Both the position numbers and the translations under genes were made by a program. From Nannocystales bacterium (GTDB lineage: Bacteria; Myxococcota_A; Polyangia; Nannocystales; Nannocystaceae): a stretch of 64,000 nt of DNA. The notes under the pieces were generated by a model. It was given only the letters and a program-made list of their open reading frames with translations. It had not been told where the DNA came from and did no database searches. Positions 37,636 to 46,656 of this stretch are shown piece by piece. Location: positions 8,521-72,520 of the forward strand of contig JBOEGF010000036.1 in NCBI GenBank assembly GCA_050633305.1, in the 5' to 3' direction. Numbering within the stretch: position 1 is the first letter of the stretch; every line of letters starts with the position of its first letter.

Positions 37636-38790
37636 GTGCTCGAACGGCCATCCATGTGGGACATCGAACACCCGCAACCCGTATCGGACGGGGTCTCGAC
37701 CCCGGCGGATCGAGAAAAAGTGGACCGGCCACATGGCCGCTTTACGATAGGTTATGCCGTGCTCGTCGTACTCGCGCTCACGATGCAAGTCGCGACTGGG
37801 CCCGTCCCGGCTCGGGGGGTCGCCGACCAACAGGCCGAGGAAACGCGTGTCGTGGTCGTTCGCAGTCAGGCCGATCTCGGCGTGCCGGAGGCTGGCGTCC
37901 GGCGTGCCCTCGAAGGACATGTTTCCGACATGGGCTACGAAGTCCGCGTGGACTTCTCTGCGGGCGACCAGCCCTGGCCACCGTCCACCACGCAGGTTGA
38001 GCTCATCCCCGACGGGGAAGGGGGGCTGAGGGTTGCGATGCGGCGTGAGATGGACCCCCAGCCGTGGACGCGGACCCTCCCCGAACAAGGGGACACCGAT
38101 CTCCTCCTCGAGTCTTTGGGTGTGCTGATGAGAAGCATGCTGGGTGCGCCGGAACCGGAACCGGAACCGGAACCGGAACCGGAACCGGAACCCGTGCCCG
38201 AACCCGATCCGGGACCGGAGTCGACCCGCGAGCCCGAACCCGAACCCCCGCCCGAGTCAACGTCAGTCCCCGGTGCGCTCGACGTTGCGGTTGGGTATCG
38301 AGGGGACACGGTCGCGGCCGGGCATCGCTGGCACTCGGGTGTGGGGCTGGACCTCGCGGGGCGCCTACCCATCGGGCTTGGGTTGGGCGGCGGTCTCGCG
38401 TTCACCCCTCAGCACGCAGGCGCCGGGCTGTCCGTCCGTCGCCTCGGTGGCCATGTGCGGGTTGGAGGATCGTTCCGTCCACAAGCCCGGTTGCAGCCCG
38501 CGGTGTTCGCTGTGCTGTCCGCGGAGGGCCTGGGTTGGTCCGATGCGCCGACACGGTCGCAACCGCAGCCGGGCTGGGCCGTGCGGGTTGGAGCGGGGCT
38601 AGGCGCCGAAGTCCGGGCCTTTGTGACCGGGCGATGGTTCGTCGTGGTCCGCGGGTCCGCGCTGGGATGGGTCCGTGGCGTACAACTCGACCAAGAACAA
38701 GGCGAGGCGCGCGATGTCCTCATCCGCACAGATCCCGTGGCCTTTGAGGGGTGGGTCGGTTTGGGACGCCGCTGGACGCTTGCGCGCTAG
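37636..38790 (+). CDS. Hypothetical secreted/outer-membrane-like protein with a (Pro-Glu)n linker (start uncertain)
   Basis: The signal-like segment is [20 protein letters not shown]. It has a [21 protein letters not shown] linker. The C-terminal half is Gly/Ala/Val/Arg-rich and beta-like. Confidence 0.5.
   Translation: MLERPSMWDIEHPQPVSDGVSTPADREKVDRPHGRFTIGYAVLVVLALTMQVATGPVPARGVADQQAEETRVVVVRSQADLGVPEAGVRRALEGHVSDMGYEVRVDFSAGDQPWPPSTTQVELIPDGEGGLRVAMRREMDPQPWTRTLPEQGDTDLLLESLGVLMRSMLGAPEPEPEPEPEPEPEPVPEPDPGPESTREPEPEPPPESTSVPGALDVAVGYRGDTVAAGHRWHSGVGLDLAGRLPIGLGLGGGLAFTPQHAGAGLSVRRLGGHVRVGGSFRPQARLQPAVFAVLSAEGLGWSDAPTRSQPQPGWAVRVGAGLGAEVRAFVTGRWFVVVRGSALGWVRGVQLDQEQGEARDVLIRTDPVAFEGWVGLGRRWTLAR
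38149..38190 (+). repeat. Perfect hexanucleotide microsatellite (CCGGAA)x7, in-frame (Pro-Glu)n
   Basis: Read directly from the sequence. It lies inside CDS 37636..38790. Confidence 0.9.
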
Positions 38791-39141
38791 ATTTTGTCAT
38801 CCATTTGCCATGCGCGGTCACCACAGACAGATGAGCGTGACTCGGACTCGCACAACACCCGGAAAGGGGGAGGATTTCGCCCTCTGCCAGCATCGCACCC
38901 GCGGCGACCGAAGCACGGCTCGGTTTCGTGCGTGCTCGATGATGCCTGGCGCGGGCGATGCCGCACGTGGACCAGCACCCCGTCCGTTGCGGGACAGCGC
39001 CGCGCAGACCGCCGTTCGCGCGGTGGTACGATGGCAAGCCCGCTACGGAAGCCCCCTACGGCGGGCGGTTTTGGTGTTTCACCACAGCCTCCGCACCGCG
39101 GTTCCGCGAGACATCCAGGTCGATGCCCTAGGAGCGATCGC

Positions 39142-40308
39142 ATGACACTACACCTTGACGATGCGCGCTGGCGCGCCGCGGTGGACGCGGAACACAGGGG
39201 GGAGGCGAGCCCCACGCAGCGGAAACTCCTGGAGCAGTACAAGCCTCGCGGCGCGGAGTACCGAGCCGAGCAAGCCTTCCTCGAAGCCTTGAGCGCACCT
39301 CCAGCCTACGAGGACACTCGCCCCGAGTGGCTCGACGAGGTGCTCGACTCCATGGCGACAGAGGTGGAGGACCGGTCTCCGCCACGCACTCGTTGGCTGC
39401 CTTGGGTGAGCGTCGCCGCTGCGGTCCTTCTCACGACGGTCGCGGCAGTCGTGGGCATGCGCTGGGTCGGCGAGGAGCCGAGCCGCGCGGAGCCGATCGC
39501 ATTCAGTGTTCCCTCGCTTCCCGACGCGTCGGCGCTCGAGTCACCCCCCGGTGGCTCACCGCAGGTCGACCCCACGTCGGCGGGGACGCAACCCGGGGCG
39601 AGCATCGCTCCGTCCTCACTCTGTGCGAGCGGACCACAGCACTCGATCTGCGCAAAGCCGGATGCGCGCGTCACAGCGGTCGACTCTGGCGCGGTCGCAC
39701 TCCACCAAGGCGTCGTCACGATCCGAAGCCAAGACACCGAAGAGGCGCACGTACAACTCGACGACGTGACCGTTCGCGCTGGCCGTCATAGCGTCGTCGT
39801 TGTCGAGCGCACCACAGCAGGGTGGTCGGTCAGCATCGAGTCGGGGACGGCAACCGTGGTCGAAATTGGATCGGCGCGTCGCCTCGACCGAGGAGAGAGC
39901 TTGGAGCGTGGCCGCGGTAAGGCCCCGGCCGCGGCGCCGAAGCCCGGGCCTCGTCCGGTCAAGGCGAGCACGTTGCTGGCCCGCGCCCGGGCGCAACGCC
40001 GAGACGGGAACACGGCCAGCGCGATGAAGACCTACGCCGACCTGATCCGGCAGCATCCCCGGTCCCCGGCTGCCCAAACGGCTCGGATGAGCCTGGCGCA
40101 ACTCCATCTCGACCGCGGCAAGACCAAGGATGCGCTGCGACTGTTCCGGGCGTATGAGAAGCGTGGCGGGCCGCTGGCTGAGGAAGCGGCGTACGGGGAG
40201 TTCCGCGCCTTGAAGAAGCTCGGTCGAGGCGCCGAGGCCCAGCGTGTCGCCGAAGCGTTCGCGCGGCGTTTTCCCGACAGCCACTACAGTGCGAAGCTCG
40301 ACCGATGA
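39142..40308 (+). CDS. FecR-domain / TPR membrane protein (anti-sigma-factor-like)
   Basis: It has a short cytoplasmic N-terminus, one TM segment (WLPWVSVAAAVLLTTVAAVVGM), a beta-rich FecR-like segment and a C-terminal TPR-like segment. GGAG lies upstream of ATG 39142. Confidence 0.55.
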   Translation: MTLHLDDARWRAAVDAEHRGEASPTQRKLLEQYKPRGAEYRAEQAFLEALSAPPAYEDTRPEWLDEVLDSMATEVEDRSPPRTRWLPWVSVAAAVLLTTVAAVVGMRWVGEEPSRAEPIAFSVPSLPDASALESPPGGSPQVDPTSAGTQPGASIAPSSLCASGPQHSICAKPDARVTAVDSGAVALHQGVVTIRSQDTEEAHVQLDDVTVRAGRHSVVVVERTTAGWSVSIESGTATVVEIGSARRLDRGESLERGRGKAPAAAPKPGPRPVKASTLLARARAQRRDGNTASAMKTYADLIRQHPRSPAAQTARMSLAQLHLDRGKTKDALRLFRAYEKRGGPLAEEAAYGEFRALKKLGRGAEAQRVAEAFARRFPDSHYSAKLDR

Positions 40309-41501
40309 TGCGGGCCTCCCTGGTGATGTCCGTCGCGCTCACCCTTGGGTGCAGCCCCAGCCACATCGCGGCCGTGGCTCCGGCCACCGACGGAGCGTCC
40401 GGGTCGGACGCAGACTCCGCGCCCGTGGGCTCGTCGAGCTCGGGCGAAACGAGCACGACCGGGGGGACCGCTGCAGAGGCAGAGGCAGAGGCAGAGGCAG
40501 AGGCAGAGGCAGAGGCAGAGGCGACGAGTGGCGGGGCTCCCTCCTCGGACGAAGGGTCTTCGTCCGAGACGACGGAGGGCTCGGAGACCACCGACGCGGC
40601 GTTGTGCCCTCCGCAGCCAACTCCAGGCTGCGATGAGACGGGCGACCCTCTCGACGCGGCCGAAGTGACTTGTTTTGACGGTATCTCGGCGCAGTTCGAG
40701 AGCAGCGACTCCATGGCGTGGCGAAGCGCTCATGAGTTCGGAAACTCGCAGTGGGTGTCGACCGAGTCGGAAGCCGTCCTCGTCCTCACCACTGGGGTTC
40801 TTCCCGAACCGGGTCTCGTGGGCGAAGTCAACGTCACGCCAGGGGCGGCCGAGAACTCTCCCACCAACAACGGCAACCCAGACGGCGTCGCGCTTCCGTC
40901 GGGGATCAACCCCCTCTTTGGCAGCACATCGGCGACGCCCTTCGCCGACTGCAACGGCATCGCCGACTGCTCGGGGACTCTCGCGATTGCGTTTGATGGC
41001 AGCGCCGACGACCTGGTCTGGTTCTCATTCGACGCGACCGTACCGGCCGATGTGTATGGTTACAGCATCCAGGTCGGCTTTCTCAGCGCCGCGTATCCCG
41101 AGGACCTCTTGGAGTTCAGCAGCGACCTCTTCGTGTGGTGGCACGAGAGCGAGGACTACGTGGGCAACCTGGCGACGCTCGATGGCTACCCCGCCAATGT
41201 TCTGGGTCTCGCCCCGCGCCTGCACGAGCACTCGACGGACCATCCGGCACTGCAACGGACCGGGATGGAGGGCACGACCGGGGAGACCTGCGAGGTGCAA
41301 GGCGCGAGTGTGGACTGCCCAATCGGCGCCTCCACGGGATGGATGGAGCTGCGGGGTCCGGCCCAGCCGGGCGAGGATATCCATGTGGTCGTCGCGCTCC
41401 TCGACCAAGGAGCGCTCGACCGGGACACCACCGTGGTGCTGGACGGGTTCAGCTGGGTTTGCGAGCCATGTACCCCCGGCGGGTCTTGCGGCTTGCAGTA
41501 G
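40305..41501 (+). CDS. Lipoprotein, choice-of-anchor-L-like domain (tentative)
   Basis: The lipobox is VALTLGCSPS. It has an acidic linker with an (Ala-Glu)n run and the segment FSFDATVPADVYGYSIQVGFLSAAYPEDL. Its start overlaps the upstream stop (ATGATG). Confidence 0.55.
   Translation: MMRASLVMSVALTLGCSPSHIAAVAPATDGASGSDADSAPVGSSSSGETSTTGGTAAEAEAEAEAEAEAEAEATSGGAPSSDEGSSSETTEGSETTDAALCPPQPTPGCDETGDPLDAAEVTCFDGISAQFESSDSMAWRSAHEFGNSQWVSTESEAVLVLTTGVLPEPGLVGEVNVTPGAAENSPTNNGNPDGVALPSGINPLFGSTSATPFADCNGIADCSGTLAIAFDGSADDLVWFSFDATVPADVYGYSIQVGFLSAAYPEDLLEFSSDLFVWWHESEDYVGNLATLDGYPANVLGLAPRLHEHSTDHPALQRTGMEGTTGETCEVQGASVDCPIGASTGWMELRGPAQPGEDIHVVVALLDQGALDRDTTVVLDGFSWVCEPCTPGGSCGLQ
40473..40520 (+). 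repeat. Perfect hexanucleotide microsatellite (GCAGAG)x8, in-frame (Ala-Glu)n
   Basis: Read directly from the sequence. It lies inside CDS 40305..41501. Confidence 0.9.
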
Positions 41502-41802
41502 GGGCCGACGTCTCGACGCCGATGCCGTTTCTCGAAGACGCGGCGCTCGAAGTCCTGCGCAAGACTGCATGAACTGACCCGAGCCGGGACGGTGAACGCA
41601 GCCGGCTGGACTCCGCCGAGGCGATGCGCCGTGCGTGACTGGGCGGTCTTCCTCTGCTTGTCGTCTGAGGCCTTGGCGCGTCGGCTCTGGTCGCTGCGGC
41701 AGCCCGCTGCTTCGCGCGGCGCGGCCGCAGACTCGCCGATCATTTCTTCATCCAAAGGCACGGTGAGACAGACACATTCGGTCATCAGGCCATAGAGCCG
41801 GA

Positions 41803-42990
41803 ATGTCCCCAGAAGCCACATCCTGTCCAATGTACAGACCTACTCTCACGCAGCCCTCTGAGCATCCCACACGGAACGGAACGACCGCGATGCGGCTTTG
41901 CCCGGCTGTGAAGGTGCGTCCTCGGACCCCGGAGCCCTTCGGCCGCACGCCGATTGAGGAAGCCCTGCTTCAACTCTCCGAACTCGAGTTTCGCATCACA
42001 CATTGGGATACGGCCGCAGCGGAAGACTCGGCTTCGAAGGAGGCGTTGGTCCGCCTCGTCTCCACCGGGGAGGCGATCGCCGAGGAGTCGGTCTACATCC
42101 TCCAAGGGCTGTCCGACGGGTCTCCCGCGGACGCTTCCACGCGGACGCCGGGCGCTGTCCCACAGACGGTCGCTGACGTGGCGTTCGTCGCTGCCATGGA
42201 GACGAACACGCTACGGGCACGACTCTCGGGGCTCGAGGGGCTACAGGAGAAGTGGCGCGTGCTCGAGACGTGTCAACGGACCAAACGACACGTGCTGCGC
42301 GCGGTCACCTCGGTCGCGCAGGAACTCCTCGGCCACACCGACGCAGGGGACCGAACGCCGCGGTTCCACAAGGCCCTGCTCGGCTCGCTTCGTTGCCGCC
42401 GTGCTCTCTCGAAGTTCTGGCACCAAGTCGAGACGAACAAGGGGCGCTCCACTGCCGAGCGGTTACAGACTGCCTACGACGCGATTGCGGTGCTTCGCAG
42501 GGATGAATACTACCGGGAGCTTCGTATCAATGACCGACGCGTCCTGCACGAACTCCGAACACGTCTACTCGCCCGACTGCGGGAGGACGATGGACCCAAC
42601 CTGCACACCGATCAACTCCTGCAAGACGTCGATGGGTTCGTGGTCTTGAGCCGACGGATCAACAGCCGGATGGAGCTGGTCGACCACGACCGGGCAATCC
42701 TCCGGGAACTCGAGCGAAGCCTGCCTCCACAAGACGAAGACCCTCTGCCTTTGCCGATACCGCTCGTGCTCCGACTGCACCAGCTCCAGGGCCTCGCGCC
42801 CGTGCTCGACAGCGCACTGTTCGGTCGGCACACCATCTCCACCGCCGACCTCCGTCGAATCCTGTGGTCACTGGAACGGTGGCCACAACAGGAGTTCGAC
42901 GGCCACGGGAGTGGAGCGTGGGGCCGCGCTATCCCGGCCGCGGCGCGAATGCCTACGACCGAACGGTCGGAGATGCCGCGGGGCGTATGA
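41803..42990 (+). CDS. Hypothetical protein (start uncertain; alternative Met near 41890)
   Basis: Long ORF with helical, coding-like composition. No motif recognised. Confidence 0.5.
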   Translation: MSPEATSCPMYRPTLTQPSEHPTRNGTTAMRLCPAVKVRPRTPEPFGRTPIEEALLQLSELEFRITHWDTAAAEDSASKEALVRLVSTGEAIAEESVYILQGLSDGSPADASTRTPGAVPQTVADVAFVAAMETNTLRARLSGLEGLQEKWRVLETCQRTKRHVLRAVTSVAQELLGHTDAGDRTPRFHKALLGSLRCRRALSKFWHQVETNKGRSTAERLQTAYDAIAVLRRDEYYRELRINDRRVLHELRTRLLARLREDDGPNLHTDQLLQDVDGFVVLSRRINSRMELVDHDRAILRELERSLPPQDEDPLPLPIPLVLRLHQLQGLAPVLDSALFGRHTISTADLRRILWSLERWPQQEFDGHGSGAWGRAIPAAARMPTTERSEMPRGV

Positions 42991-43097
42991 CCCGTCTCGG
43001 CGACGCGCCACCGGCCCTCTGCGGAACGACGCGTCACCCTCTTCGCCTATCGAACAACCACGAACACCGCTCATCGCCGCAAGAAGGAACACCCGCC

Positions 43098-43766
43098 ATG
43101 TCATCGACGTCCACCGCTCTCCCCTCTTCCCTTCAGACACGCGTCTCGCGGCCGGCTCCGAAGTGTTCGACACCGGCCCCACCGCCGCCGGTGCATGTCC
43201 TGGACAAGGAGGCGGTCGACGATTTGCTGAGACGTGCACGAGCCCTCGCGGGCCGGGGCCGAGATCCCGCGGCCGCCCATGCCATGTTCACGACCGTTCT
43301 CAGGCTCGACCCGGTCCGACTCGAGGCCCACATCGACCTCGTTCAACTCGAGGTCCAAGCCGGAAACCTCGAGCGCGCCCGCAAGCGGATGGAGCGACTC
43401 TCCGAGGAGTACTCCTGCCGATCACGTCAGAGCAACGCGACACGGCTCTTCAAGGGCTCCGACGGCTGGGAGGAGGAGTTCTCGGCAAGCTGGGACGACC
43501 ACCTTCGACCAGACGCTGCGCGGTCGGGTCCTCGAAGGGGTGCGAGCATCGGACACTCGAACTCGAAGCTTCCGCCTCCTCCGACGAAGGGCTCGGCCGA
43601 GTCCGTGCTGTCTGTCGAGCGACGCGAGGAGTTGCTCTCGCGATACTCGGTCCGCACGCTCCGCGCACGCGCCATGGTGCGGCGTGACCCCTCCGTCACG
43701 CGTCGCGAATCGGGCACCAGCCTGGCGCATTCGCTGCGCAAGCTCGCTCGGGGCGCTTCCAAGTAG
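43098..43766 (+). CDS. Hypothetical protein with a TPR-like segment
   Basis: ATG 43098 lies inside listed ORF 42864..43766. Has AMFTTVLRLDPVRLEAHIDLVQLEVQAGNLERARKRMERL. Confidence 0.45.
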   Translation: MSSTSTALPSSLQTRVSRPAPKCSTPAPPPPVHVLDKEAVDDLLRRARALAGRGRDPAAAHAMFTTVLRLDPVRLEAHIDLVQLEVQAGNLERARKRMERLSEEYSCRSRQSNATRLFKGSDGWEEEFSASWDDHLRPDAARSGPRRGASIGHSNSKLPPPPTKGSAESVLSVERREELLSRYSVRTLRARAMVRRDPSVTRRESGTSLAHSLRKLARGASK

Positions 43767-44090
43767 ACGACGGGCAACCGCTCGAGCGGTCCGAGCGTGG
43801 TCCGGTGTTCTCCGCCGTAGAGGCTCAGCCGTTCGGGGCGTCACGGCTTTGCGAGACCGTGGACCGTGGACGAGTGACCCAAACACCGCGAGGTCCGGCG
43901 CGCCCGAGGTCTGAGTATCGGTCTCGGCCAGGTGCTCTGTTGACGTCGCCTCGAGTGCACGCGGCATACCAACGTCGAAATGACTACCGTCGGGGGGTTG
44001 AGACGAACCTGGGGGGACCTCGGAAGAGGCGCTTCATGCGACAGCCGAGGTCTCGTGGAATCGGCGCCGCGGGTGCTCTACAGTCCCCGC

Positions 44091-45728
44091 ATGTGGACCC
44101 CACGCGCGGGCTTCATCCCGTTGTTCTTCCTGATCGCGTGCGGAGGGTCGTCTGGCTCTGGCGACGACGTCGGGACCGAGGCGAGCACCGCCAACGCTGA
44201 CAGCTCGAGCACCGCGGACGCCACCACGGCAATGGGGGAGGGGACTTCGACGACGACCACCACCGGTGGTCCCGTCGAGCCACCCGAGGGGACCGCACTC
44301 GTCACGCTCGACCTCGAAGCGGTGGTGGCCGAGGTCTCCCCGCGCTACCTCTCGGTCGCCGTGGACAGCTCCCAGGTCCTGGGCGGTAGCTTTTGGGGCG
44401 AGGGCGGCGCGAGCGGAGGCCTCGGCCAGAAGGAGGTCGACCCCTACGACTTCGAGCGCCCCAGACTCCGCGCGCTCGCGGCCGAGCTGGCACCGGCGTA
44501 CCTCCGCATCGGCGGCTCCGAAGCCGACGTCGTCTACTACGACCTCTCCGAGACGCCAGTCGACGAAGCGCCCGGACCGTACGCGCTGTTGCTGACCGCG
44601 CAGCGCTGGGCCGAGCTCGTCGAGTTTTCTGCGTCGATGGGCTTCGAGCTGTTCTTCACGCTCAACGCGGGACCGGGGCCACGCGACGAGAACAACGCTT
44701 GGCAACCCGACAACGCCCGGACCCTGTTGCAACACGCGGCCGACCGCGGTGACCCCGTCGGCGTTTGGGAGCTTGGCAACGAGATCAACGGCTACCCGCT
44801 GTTCCACGCGCTCCTGCTCACCGGTGAGGACTACGCCGAGGACGTGCGGGCCGCTCGGACATTGGTCGACGCGGTGGATCCCGACGCGCTTCTGGCCGGG
44901 CCGTCCAGCGCCTATTGGCCTGTACGCGGCGAGCAGAACCCGATCATGCCCGACTTCATCGCGGCGGGCGGCGACGCGCTCGATGTGGTCACGTGGCACT
45001 ACTACCCGACCCAGTCCGAACGCTGCCCGCTTCCCAGCCGAAGCTCCGAGCTCACCACCCTGCTCGAAGCGGCCAACTTGGACGAGGTCGAGAAGTGGGC
45101 GGAGGACGTCGAGACGCTGGTCTCCGACCATGCTCCTGAGGCGGAGCTGTGGATGGGCGAGTCGGGCAATGCCCAATGCGGTGGTCAACCCGGCGTCTCC
45201 GATCGCTTCGTCGGGAGTCTGTGGTGGGTGGACCAACTGGGCCTGCTCGCCCGCCGGGGACACCGCGTCACGGTGAGACAGACGTTGTCGGGATCCGACT
45301 ATGGCCTCATCGATGACGCGACACTCGATCCCCGTCCCGACTACTGGGCATCGGTGTTGTGGAAGCGCCTGATGGGTGCACGCGTGCTCGCGACATCCCA
45401 CGAGGGACCCACCTCCTTGCGAAGCTACGCGCATTGCGGTGAGCGTGGCGGAGTGACGGTGGTACTCATCAACCTCGACCAATCCGAAACGCTGGATGTC
45501 AGCCTTCGCGCCGACGCGGCCGACGTCTATCTCGTTCATGCCGAGACGCTCGACGCCACCGAGATCCGGCTCAATGGAAGCGCTCTCCCCGACGACGACG
45601 TCGAAGCGCTCGCGGCACTCACCCCCGCCGACGCTGAGCTCGTGCAGGGGCACGCGGTTGTCGCCCTCCCTCCGACGTCGTTTGCGTTCGTACACCTTCC
45701 TGGGCTCAGCTCGGCTGCGTGCGGCTGA
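44091..45728 (+). CDS. Glycoside hydrolase family 79-like (heparanase/beta-glucuronidase-like) lipoprotein
   Basis: The lipobox is LFFLIACGGS. Has WELGNEING (acid/base-like NE) and ELWMGESG (nucleophile-like), with a C-terminal beta domain. Confidence 0.55.
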   Translation: MWTPRAGFIPLFFLIACGGSSGSGDDVGTEASTANADSSSTADATTAMGEGTSTTTTTGGPVEPPEGTALVTLDLEAVVAEVSPRYLSVAVDSSQVLGGSFWGEGGASGGLGQKEVDPYDFERPRLRALAAELAPAYLRIGGSEADVVYYDLSETPVDEAPGPYALLLTAQRWAELVEFSASMGFELFFTLNAGPGPRDENNAWQPDNARTLLQHAADRGDPVGVWELGNEINGYPLFHALLLTGEDYAEDVRAARTLVDAVDPDALLAGPSSAYWPVRGEQNPIMPDFIAAGGDALDVVTWHYYPTQSERCPLPSRSSELTTLLEAANLDEVEKWAEDVETLVSDHAPEAELWMGESGNAQCGGQPGVSDRFVGSLWWVDQLGLLARRGHRVTVRQTLSGSDYGLIDDATLDPRPDYWASVLWKRLMGARVLATSHEGPTSLRSYAHCGERGGVTVVLINLDQSETLDVSLRADAADVYLVHAETLDATEIRLNGSALPDDDVEALAALTPADAELVQGHAVVALPPTSFAFVHLPGLSSAACG

Positions 45729-45778
45729 CCCCGAGTCTCCTGCGGCTCTTGCACTGTTTGCACGGTGCGTGAAGCCGC

Positions 45779-45806
45779 TCCAAATGCGACAGCGCTGTCG
45801 TATTTG
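45779..45806. repeat. 28-bp near-perfect palindrome CCAAATGCGACAGC|GCTGTCGTATTTGG
   Basis: 13 of 14 positions are complementary. It lies 50 nt downstream of the GH79-like stop, at the start of a 675-bp region with no convincing ORF. Confidence 0.6.
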
Positions 45807-46404
45807 GGGACGCCCTGGCGACTCGAAACGTCTGAGCTTGCTCCGCAAGAGGCTCCGCCCTTCGGTATGGACGACTCCTGCCGGAGTGCGGTCGCGACCA
45901 CGAGGCGAGGGCGACCGCTCGGGCCCGCTGACGGTCACGCCGCGGGTCCGGACCGTTCGAGGTCGCGACCCAAGGTCGCCAGGCCCGATTCGACGCCGGT
46001 TCGAGGTCTTGGGTTCGGCAGCACGTCTCGAATCCCGGACAGGATCGGCGTCCCGTTGCGGGCTGCGGAGCACGGAACGTGGACTCGTGAGACCCGTATC
46101 GGCGTGAACGGCCACATCGTCGGGCCGCCGACCGCACAGGGAGCATCCGTATAGGGCTCGACGGAACCAAGCCGGCGCGACCGGAGCCCTTGAATCTGTG
46201 CGGGTCGCAACGATGAATCTTGGAGAGCCCTCGGCTCCAACAGGTCGCATGCACCCCGCAGCCATTTCCTCCGTCCTGGTGCTTGTGTCGCTCCGCCGGA
46301 CGGACAGGCCCGCCGTTGGTGCAGAGCGTCAACTCGCAGGCGCGGAGATTGGCGCCATCTGCCGCTTCTGAACGACGACGTCGTGCTCGGAAGGACCCCC
46401 GACA

Positions 46405-46656
46405 ATGACACCACTGAAAAAGATTCTCGGAACCCCACTGATCCACGCGGTGCTTGGGTTCATGTTCTTGGCCGCGTTCTCGTGGCCGATCTTCTCGTTC
46501 GAGGAGCCGATCAACACCTGGAAGTTCATGTATGGCGCCTGGGCGGTTGGCATCGGACTCCTGTTCCTCACCACGACGTTCGGAAGTGCGCCGGAGGCAG
46601 ACGAGATGGACGACGATGAAGACGTGGATGTGGAAGGCGTAGGCCAGAATGTTTAG
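46405..46656 (+). CDS. Small two-TM membrane protein translationally coupled to the sensor kinase
   Basis: It has two hydrophobic helices and an acidic tail. Its stop overlaps the kinase ATG by 8 nt. Confidence 0.6.
   Translation: MTPLKKILGTPLIHAVLGFMFLAAFSWPIFSFEEPINTWKFMYGAWAVGIGLLFLTTTFGSAPEADEMDDDEDVDVEGVGQNV

Noticed and set aside
38675-39145. ORF ending in an ATGA overlap with the FecR-like gene, considered as an ECF sigma factor.
   Set aside because: It is too short after the upstream gene ends (about 118 codons). It has no region 2 signature, its third-position GC is lower than in neighbouring genes, and it has only a vague region-4-like tail. It is kept as a low-interest note only.
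38149-40520. Hexanucleotide arrays, considered as a CRISPR or other spaced-repeat locus.
   Set aside because: They are perfect tandem hexamers without spacers, in frame inside coding sequences. They are coding microsatellites, not CRISPR arrays.
41502-41802. Possible small ORFs or a promoter in the gap after the lipoprotein gene.
   Set aside because: Only shadow-type ORFs (41186-41830, minus strand) are present, with no motifs or coding bias that I could defend.
45729-46404. A known structured RNA (tmRNA, RNase P, SRP or 6S) in the long ORF-free region.
   Set aside because: I could not find any of the conserved signatures I know for these RNAs, such as the tRNA-like end with CCA for tmRNA or the GAGGAAAGUCCGGGC-type P4 for RNase P. 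It needs an Infernal scan.
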